Source: an uncultured Flavobacteriales bacterium
GTDB taxonomy: Bacteria > Bacteroidota > Bacteroidia > Flavobacteriales > JBLHRE01
Length of the DNA: 64,000 nt
Assembly: GCA_937139155.1 (NCBI GenBank)
Contig: CAKZPI010000021.1
Coordinates: 81,339 to 145,338 of the forward strand
Reading direction: 5' to 3'
The translations under genes were made by a program, and so were the position numbers. Shown here in pieces: positions 57,717-64,000 of this stretch (position 1 is the stretch's first letter; each line of letters starts with the position of its first letter). Below the pieces are notes generated by a model that saw nothing but the letters and a program-made list of their open reading frames with translations, was not told the origin of the DNA and searched no databases.

Positions 57717-58766
57717 ATGAATAGGAGAAAAAATACACCAGGAAGAGGAAATAAAGACCAGTCAGAGAGAGGAGATAAAAAGCCCATCCGTTCAGGCGGA
57801 AAATCGAAGTCTTATTCAGAAAAAGGAGATAAAAAGTCCTTCCGCAGCGACGGAAAATCTAAGCCGTATTCTGAGAAAGGAGATAAAAAGTCCTTCCGCA
57901 GTGATGGAAAATCTAAGCCGTTTTCAGAGCGGGGAGAGAAAAAATCTTACAGTGGAGAAGGGAAGTCTAGACCGTATGCTGAAAAAGGAAAGAAGTATAA
58001 TCCAAAATCTAAGTTTAAAATCACCCGCAAAGACGGACCCAAAAAGCCGGCTTCAGACGAAACCCGTTTGAATAAGTATTTGGCCCATGCCGGAATTGCT
58101 AGTCGAAGAGAGGCAGATGAGCTGATTCGTACGGGGTTGGTTTCTGTTAATGGAGAGATCATTACCGAAATGGGCCATAAGGTGAAACCCGGTGACGAGG
58201 TAAAGTATAATGGAGCTAAGATTCACCAGGAAACCAAACGCTACGTTCTTCTCAACAAGCCCAAAGACTATATAACCACTGTTTCCGATGATCGGGGGAG
58301 AAATACCGTAATGAACCTTTTGGGGAAGGCCTGCAAAGAAAGAATTTATCCAGTAGGACGTCTTGACCGAAATACCACAGGAGTATTGCTCTTTACCAAC
58401 GATGGCGAACTGGCCAAAAAGCTTACCCACCCCAAACATGGAATTCGGAAAATCTACCATGTGCACTTGGATCAGAACCTAAAACAGGCCGATTTTGACA
58501 AAATTAAAGCTGGAGTTACCCTTGAAGATGGGAAGGTTTCAGTGGATGAGGTATCGTATGTTTCAGGGGCAAAGAAAAATGAAGTCGGACTCGAGATTCA
58601 CATCGGAAGAAACCGAATTGTTCGTCGGTTATTTGAAAGCCTAGGTTATAAAGTTACCAAGTTAGATCGGGTGGTTTTTGCCGGATTAACCAAGAAAAAC
58701 CTTGAAAGAGGTCGTTGGAGATTTTTAACCGAACAGGAGGTAAGCACCTTAAAAAGACTCTCTTAA
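57717..58766 (+). CDS. rluB: 23S rRNA pseudouridine synthase (RluB/RsuA family) with lysine-rich repeat N-terminus
   Basis: I placed the start at the ATG at 57717. S4 domain is RLNKYLAHAGIASRREADELI and the catalytic motif is GRLDRNTTGVLL. Confidence 0.88.
   Translation: MNRRKNTPGRGNKDQSERGDKKPIRSGGKSKSYSEKGDKKSFRSDGKSKPYSEKGDKKSFRSDGKSKPFSERGEKKSYSGEGKSRPYAEKGKKYNPKSKFKITRKDGPKKPASDETRLNKYLAHAGIASRREADELIRTGLVSVNGEIITEMGHKVKPGDEVKYNGAKIHQETKRYVLLNKPKDYITTVSDDRGRNTVMNLLGKACKERIYPVGRLDRNTTGVLLFTNDGELAKKLTHPKHGIRKIYHVHLDQNLKQADFDKIKAGVTLEDGKVSVDEVSYVSGAKKNEVGLEIHIGRNRIVRRLFESLGYKVTKLDRVVFAGLTKKNLERGRWRFLTEQEVSTLKRLS
57771..57986 (+). repeat. four tandem 54-bp (18-aa) repeats inside rluB
   Basis: GDKKPIRSGGKSKSYSEK / GDKKSFRSDGKSKPYSEK / GDKKSFRSDGKSKPFSER / GEKKSYSGEGKSRPYAEK. 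The two central DNA copies (57825-57878 and 57879-57932) are nearly identical. Confidence 0.8.
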
Positions 58767-58865
58767 ACGGCCTAGTTTCTTTGGCTTGAGGTAAACTTAA
58801 TCGCCTTTGTTTACGTAGGTTGGGGGTGAAGACTCGTAGAGTTTAAACTAAAAACCCAATCGCTC

Positions 58866-61800
58866 ATGAAACTTAAAGCTACGCTTTTTAAGGGCTTTGC
58901 ATTATTTCTAATTTTAGGTTTATCGCAATCGGCTTTGGCCCAGACAACGGTAACCTCAACGGCTGATTCAGGCCCTGGATCCTTGAGAGAGGCCGTAGCA
59001 AATACTGCTGCTGGAGGAAGCATTTCCTTCTCTCCATTAACCGCTGGACAAACCATTACACTCAACTCAGAAATTCTTATTGATAAATCCCTGACCATTA
59101 CAGGGCTTGATACCCTTTTAACCACGGTAAGTGGAGGAAACAATGGAAGGGTATTCAAAATTTCACTGGCAGATTCAGTTTTCTTGAACAGCCTTTCCTT
59201 AGAAAATGGTCAGGCCGGAAATGGGGGCATCCTTCATACCTCAAGCACGAAACTTGTAATCAATTCAGCCTCAATACGTGGCGGACAAGCGGATACTTCT
59301 GGAGGAGCTATTTACAATGCTGGTGGACAACTGGAAGTTTCAAACTCCAACATTTATAATTCAACCGCAAATGGTTCAGCTCCAAACGAAGGAGGGGGAG
59401 GCATCGCGAATATTGCCGGAAACCTTGAACTGAACTCGGTAAACATTACCGGAAACTCTGCCACCAACGGTTCTGCCTCGGGTGGAGGAGTTCTTCACCT
59501 TTTAAGCGGCACGGCCAACATTAGTGGTGGAAGCATTTCAGGAAACTCTTCAGCCAGAGCAGGTGGTGGAATTGAGCTAAACGGTACCAGCATGAGCCTT
59601 ACCAATGTGAGCATGGCCAACAATTCAACAGGTCCGATGCCCGGTAACGGCGGTGCTGTTCATATTACCGGAAGCGGGAATCTTACCGTGAATGGCGGAA
59701 GCTTTACAAACAATACAGCAGACTCTGAAGGTGGTGGTCTCTGGAATGGGTCAGGGATTATGACCATTGACGGAGCAAATATTTCATCCAATACAGCCAG
59801 TGGAGATGGAGCCGATCAAGGAGGCGGAGGTATTTATAACCTCTCAGGCAGCCTGATGGTTTCAAACTCAAACATAAACAACAATACTGCTGATGGTTCA
59901 TCCGGTTCAGGCGGCGGAATACTCATTGATGCAGGTGCAGGAATGACCCTTTCAAATTCTTCCGTTTCCGGAAATACTGCAGTTCGTGCCGGGGGTGGAA
60001 TTGAAGACAATTCAGGAAGTGGCTCAACCCTCATTTTAACCAATGTAAACCTTGACAACAATGCCGTGGCATCCAATCCGGGCAATGGTGGCGGACTTCA
60101 TATCACAGGAAGTGGAAACCTCAGCTTTACCGGAGGAACAGCCAATAATAATACAGCTTCAGCCGAAGGTGGAGCCCTTTGGAACGGGGCTGGATTTATG
60201 ACCCTTGACTCACTCACCATTACGGGCAATACCGCAAGTGGAGATGCAGCAGACCAAGGGGGCGGCGGTGTTTATAATCTAAGCGGCGACCTGAGCATTT
60301 CAAATACAAGCATAGCAAACAATTCAGCCAACGGCCAAGCCGGTTCAGGTGGTGGAATCTTAAACGACCAAGGCGGGAATTTAAGCCTTACTGATGTTGA
60401 CCTTACCGGAAATACTGCCGTAAGAGCAGGAGGAGGTATTGAAGACGTTTCAGGCTCTTCCACAACCTTGGTTTTAACCAATGTGAGCTTCGATGGCAAT
60501 TCAGCGGCTTCAGCACCAGGTAACGGTGGGGCCCTTCACATTACAGGCGACGGTGATATCACCTTTACCGGGGGTTTTGTTGACAATAATACAGCAGCCT
60601 TTCAAGGCGGTGGACTCTGGAATGGATCGGGGTCTATGTTCATTGATGGTGTAGACTTCGACGGAAATATAGCTTCTGGAGATAGCAGTGCAACGGCCGG
60701 AGGAGGAGCCATTTACAACCTCTCCGGGTCTCTTACTATTTTAAATGCCAGTTTTGACAACAACCAGGCAAATGGTAGTCTTGGTTCAGGAGGAGCCATT
60801 CTCACAGATGCCAACACTGGACTTACCGTGTCAAATTCTAGCTTTAGTTTCAACTCCTCTGCCCGGGCCGGTGGAGCCATTGAAGACAATTCTGGAGACA
60901 GCAATAAGACGGTGCTTTCCAACCTGAGCTTCGATGGAAATTCAACAGCATCTAACCCAGGCAATGGTGGTGCAATTCACATTACTGGGAATGGTGACAT
61001 GGACATCGTGTCTTCTACCTTTACAAATAATACCGCTTCCGCGGAAGGAGGTGCCATTTGGAATGGATCGGGAGATATGAGCATTGATGCATCCATCCTT
61101 GACGGGAATACAGCCAGTGGCGACGGATCCGACCAAGGGGGTGGAGGTATTTACAACCTCAGCGGAAATTTATCCATCCAAGGAAATTCTCAAATCATAA
61201 ACAATTCAGCCGACGGTGCCTCCGGATCAGGAGGGGGAATTTTAAACGATGTAGGTGGAAGCCTCACGGTCTTAAATACTCGAATTTCAGGAAACTCTGC
61301 GGTTAGAGCTGGAGGAGGTATAGAAGACAATTCCGGTGCCCTTACCCTGGTATCTCTGAACGTTGTAGCCCTAGACTCAAATACAGCTTCAGCCTCTCCA
61401 GGAAATGGTGGAGGATTGCACATTACGGGGGCTGGTGACCTGTCCATGACCAATTCAACCGCCAAGGGAAATCAAGCTGCCTCAGAAGGAGGAGCCCTTT
61501 GGAATGGCACTGGGAATATGACTTTGGACAATTGTAATATTGCCAACAATACAGCCTCAGGAGACCTCGCAAACCAAGGAGGTGGAGGTATTTATGCCTT
61601 AGGCGGAACGGTAAGTATAAACCAATCAAATATTCAATTCAACATGGCTGATGGAACCGCTGGCTCTGGGGGTGGAATTTTAATTGACTCTTCAGCAGCC
61701 CTCACCATTACTTCAACGGCCATCAAAGGAAACTTTGCTTCTAGAGCTGGTGGAGGAATTGAAGACAATAGTGGAGCAGGAAGCATGACCAGCCTAAACT

Positions 61801-62930
61801 TGGTTTTCCTTGATTCCAATTCAACTGGATCTGCTCCAGGAAATGGAGGAGCCATCCATATTACTGGCAATGGAAGTTTAAGTTTTACATCCGGTACTGT
61901 TATTGGAAACACAGCCGGCAGTGAAGGAGGTGGTTTATGGAATGGTTCAGGAACCATGTCGCTTGCCAACCTTCGCATTGAAAACAATACAGCTGCCGGG
62001 GCTACCGCCCAAAACGGGGGTGGAGGACTCTACAACAACGGCGGAACCTTGGTAATTCTGGGTTCAAGCATTACCAATAACTCAAGTCTATCAGCCCTTG
62101 GCTCAGGTGGAGGAATTCACAATTCAGGCAACGGTGATTTATCCTTGGTTTCAGTAACGGTTTCTGGAAATGAAAGCCTGAACAATGGTGGGGGAATCCT
62201 GAATGAAGGAGACCTAAACCTTGAATCGGTGACCTTGGCGCAGAATACTGCGGGTAACCTTGGAGGAGGAATTGCCCAAACCTCAGCCGGAACCCATTTT
62301 GAAACCTGGAATTCAATTATTGCAGAAAATTTGGCTGCCAATGGAGGAAACGATGTTCGAATCTCCGCCGGTATTCAAACTTCTGCTGGATATAATTTAG
62401 TGGGTAACGACGATGTAGGGAATTTCGTAGGCCAGGCTTCCGACCAAATCGGAACCAATACCTCGCCCATCCTTCCATTGCTTGACTCACTTGCCCTGAA
62501 CATGGCCACTACAAAAACCCATGCCTTATTATGTGGTTCCTTGGCCATTGATGCGGGTGATCCAAACTTGGCAACCAACGACCAAAGAGATGAGGCCGTT
62601 TTTAATGGCAGAAAAGACATTGGTGCTTACGAGCGTCAAGATTCCTGCGCAAGCATTTCAATTGACCCGGAAGAGCAAGCGGCTTCCATTGCTGTATACC
62701 CAAATCCAGTGATTGATCAGCAGGTACAGGTTGAATTGCCTAGAAATTTATCGGCTCAAACGAGAGTATTGATAGTTGATCTTTCATCAGGAAGGGTAGT
62801 TCAGAGCATTGAATCTATGCAAGAAGGCGTAAATCTTATACAGCTTGAAAACCTAAGTTCAGGAAATTACGTTCTTCAAATCATAAGTACAGAATTCATT
62901 GAAAACCGTAAGATCACGGTGATTGAATAA
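58866..62930 (+). CDS. giant secreted right-handed beta-helix repeat protein with choice-of-anchor-Q-like region and T9SS C-terminal sorting domain
   Basis: 1354 aa with a signal peptide ...SQSALAQ. Dozens of GGGI/GGAI(Y/W)N coils (Pmp-like). CGSLAIDAGDPN...DQRDEAVFNGRKDIGAYE lies near the C-terminus. The last ~80 aa (VYPNPVIDQQVQVEL...GNYVLQIIS...KITVIE) match the Por/T9SS CTD pattern. Confidence 0.8.
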   Translation: MKLKATLFKGFALFLILGLSQSALAQTTVTSTADSGPGSLREAVANTAAGGSISFSPLTAGQTITLNSEILIDKSLTITGLDTLLTTVSGGNNGRVFKISLADSVFLNSLSLENGQAGNGGILHTSSTKLVINSASIRGGQADTSGGAIYNAGGQLEVSNSNIYNSTANGSAPNEGGGGIANIAGNLELNSVNITGNSATNGSASGGGVLHLLSGTANISGGSISGNSSARAGGGIELNGTSMSLTNVSMANNSTGPMPGNGGAVHITGSGNLTVNGGSFTNNTADSEGGGLWNGSGIMTIDGANISSNTASGDGADQGGGGIYNLSGSLMVSNSNINNNTADGSSGSGGGILIDAGAGMTLSNSSVSGNTAVRAGGGIEDNSGSGSTLILTNVNLDNNAVASNPGNGGGLHITGSGNLSFTGGTANNNTASAEGGALWNGAGFMTLDSLTITGNTASGDAADQGGGGVYNLSGDLSISNTSIANNSANGQAGSGGGILNDQGGNLSLTDVDLTGNTAVRAGGGIEDVSGSSTTLVLTNVSFDGNSAASAPGNGGALHITGDGDITFTGGFVDNNTAAFQGGGLWNGSGSMFIDGVDFDGNIASGDSSATAGGGAIYNLSGSLTILNASFDNNQANGSLGSGGAILTDANTGLTVSNSSFSFNSSARAGGAIEDNSGDSNKTVLSNLSFDGNSTASNPGNGGAIHITGNGDMDIVSSTFTNNTASAEGGAIWNGSGDMSIDASILDGNTASGDGSDQGGGGIYNLSGNLSIQGNSQIINNSADGASGSGGGILNDVGGSLTVLNTRISGNSAVRAGGGIEDNSGALTLVSLNVVALDSNTASASPGNGGGLHITGAGDLSMTNSTAKGNQAASEGGALWNGTGNMTLDNCNIANNTASGDLANQGGGGIYALGGTVSINQSNIQFNMADGTAGSGGGILIDSSAALTITSTAIKGNFASRAGGGIEDNSGAGSMTSLNLVFLDSNSTGSAPGNGGAIHITGNGSLSFTSGTVIGNTAGSEGGGLWNGSGTMSLANLRIENNTAAGATAQNGGGGLYNNGGTLVILGSSITNNSSLSALGSGGGIHNSGNGDLSLVSVTVSGNESLNNGGGILNEGDLNLESVTLAQNTAGNLGGGIAQTSAGTHFETWNSIIAENLAANGGNDVRISAGIQTSAGYNLVGNDDVGNFVGQASDQIGTNTSPILPLLDSLALNMATTKTHALLCGSLAIDAGDPNLATNDQRDEAVFNGRKDIGAYERQDSCASISIDPEEQAASIAVYPNPVIDQQVQVELPRNLSAQTRVLIVDLSSGRVVQSIESMQEGVNLIQLENLSSGNYVLQIISTEFIENRKITVIE
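59646..62280 (+). repeat. six tandem 438-441-bp super-repeats (146-147 aa each) within the beta-helix gene
   Basis: The landmark NGG(A/G)(V/L/I)HITG codon Asn recurs at 59646, 60084, 60522, 60963, 61404 and 61842. The periods are 438, 438, 441, 441 and 438 nt. The last unit is more diverged. Confidence 0.8.
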
Positions 62931-62950
62931 AAAACTTGGTTGGTTGTTTT

Positions 62951-62990
62951 AAAAGGGGTTGTCGGGAAACTGGCGCCCCTTTTTACTTTT
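62951..62990 (+). terminator. possible rho-independent terminator after the beta-helix gene
   Basis: aaaagggg (62951-62958) pairs with cccctttt (62977-62984) and is followed by a T-rich tract. The loop is long (18 nt), so this is weak. Confidence 0.4.
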
Positions 62991-63090
62991 CCTAGGTTTC
63001 AAGGTTTAGAGATAGGGCTCATTTCTTGACAGGGAGACTCCTCCTTAAAATTGAACCTAATAAGATCTAACAAAAGATAGACCTTAGACT

Positions 63091-63400
63091 CCTAGTTCCA
63101 ATTACCTATTTCCTCAAAAGGCTGTTGGCTTTTTGCTTTTAGCTATTGGCTTATTCAAGTGTTAAAATACTCATTTTCAGTACACCCAGTCACTAGTCAC
63201 TAGTCACTCCTGAGTTGAGAGTTGAGGGTTTATAGATGCTTCAAGTGGTGAACTTCAGGAAAAATGTGCGGTGTTACGAACGATTAACCTCGATTCCCAA
63301 TTCCCGATTCCCAATTCCCGCTCCGAAGACGTAAAGCCGAATATTTCTAGAGAATTTCTAATCACAAGTCACTAGTCACCCCAGTTGAGGCGTTGAAATG
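63091..63400. repeat. intergenic heptamer-repeat element, locus B
   Basis: Motifs in order: cctagttcca (63091), ctattggcttattcaag (~63143), cccagtcactagtcactagtcac+tcctgagttgagagttgagggtt (63185-63230), gattccc-aattccc-gattccc-aattccc (63292-63319), and caagtcactagtcaccccagttgaggcgttgaaatg (63365-63400). Confidence 0.65.
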
Positions 63401-63516
63401 ATTAGCTAGTCTTCTCTAATCTTGGGTGGCACTTCGGTTGAACTCAGCAGACCTGTGAGAGGTCCATGCAGCTACTGTTTAGTGGCGGAGCCGTCTACTC
63501 GATTGTATGCCGTTTT

Positions 63517-63915
63517 TTATTTTATTATTTGATTGAGTTTTTCAATTACGATTTCTCTACGTTCATCGACTGGAAATGGATTGATATGACATTCTATGAT
63601 TTCGTTTCTGGAAGTATGTTTCAGTATTTCAATACTCATCTCTTTTAAAAAATCTTGAACATCTTTGTCAGCATTTTCAAAGTCTTCAACAACCTCCTTA
63701 TTATTATCTAAAATGTAGATGATATCTTCAAAGTCATGGCTTGTTCTTGGGTCAGTACCTCTGCTTTTATAGGCTTCCCATTTTGTTGCAAGAAAGAGGC
63801 TAACAGGCAGTATTTTAATTTCGTGCTCACCAATATTTACAGGATAGGCTTTCTCAAAACCAGGTTTCAACCAGCTATTAGTTGGGCCCAAAGGAGTTTC
63901 TTCATATGGAATCAA
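63517..63915 (-). pseudogene. 3' portion of an apparently frameshifted gene (nucleotidyltransferase-like C-terminal region, family uncertain)
   Basis: 132-aa ORF starting at a TTG immediately after an in-frame stop. An upstream ORF in another frame enters from beyond 64000 and stops at 63902-63904, overlapping it by 14 nt. The region is AT-rich compared with its neighbours. Confidence 0.4.
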
Positions 63916-64000
63916 TTAGAATCTCTTCATGAGAATATCTGTACATTACTTTTTCGGTGGGAGCGGGATAGATTTTCTTTAAGGCTAGCTTTTCCCTTAG
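63902..64000 (-). pseudogene. 5' fragment (partial, continues beyond the window) of the same disrupted gene
   Basis: My translation of the minus strand from 64000 is LREKLALKKIYPAPTEKVMYRYSHEEILIDSI*. It is open to the window edge. Confidence 0.3.

Noticed and set aside
59834-62620. A series of 64-117-aa minus-strand ORFs (59834-60085, 60272-60499, 60713-60964, 61190-61465, 61634-61987, 62117-62341 and others), rich in PPP/PE.
   Set aside because: They are antisense shadows of the Gly/Asn/Ser-rich repeat codons of the 1354-aa beta-helix gene. They recur with the same ~440-bp period and have no independent start context.
63426-63441. A second sigma-54-like string, TGGCACTTCGGTTGAA, on the plus strand.
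   Set aside because: The -12 element lacks the GC. No plus-strand gene lies downstream, so it would only drive antisense transcription into 63517-63915. It was judged a chance match.

Overview
This is a gene-dense 64-kb chromosomal window, about 43-48% GC in hand-counted housekeeping samples. I call about 57 protein genes, and many have 4-nt start/stop overlaps. I saw no rRNA, tRNA, CRISPR array, transposase or integrase. Gene content and synteny point to Bacteroidota, probably Flavobacteriia or Cytophagia-like. The markers are a T9SS C-terminal sorting domain, ftsX-DUF3098-uppP-truB, DUF2480 next to queA, LemA-TPM-TPM, and a sigma-54 activator. Most genes are housekeeping: asd, uvrC, rnr, trhO, nrdB/nrdA, leuS, ftsX, uppP, truB, hemW, queA, ispD, dnaG, metG and others.

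The most unusual locus is a four-gene, translationally coupled, AT-rich cassette at 31362-33381 on the minus strand, wedged between leuS and ftsX. It encodes an exosortase/archaeosortase-like membrane protein, a PqqD-type peptide-recognition protein, a lasso-B2-like transglutaminase-fold cysteine protease and an HPr-kinase-like kinase. It has no lasso cyclase and no visible precursor peptide. I read it as a candidate undescribed peptide or protein maturation system.

Other notable items:
- A dispersed family of intergenic heptanucleotide tandem repeats, (GTCACTA)n, (GAGTTGA)n and (RATTCCC)n, at three loci. They resemble cyanobacterial STRR elements.
- A sigma-54 two-component system facing a near-consensus -24/-12 promoter and two 16-bp palindromic sites, upstream of a MacB-type ABC operon.
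- A persulfide-dioxygenase/rhodanese cluster.
- A 1354-aa T9SS beta-helix protein built from six ~438-bp super-repeats.
- An ECF sigma / anti-sigma / beta-barrel module.
- A frameshifted AT-rich gene at the right edge.

All family calls come from reading motifs in the supplied translations. No database search was run.
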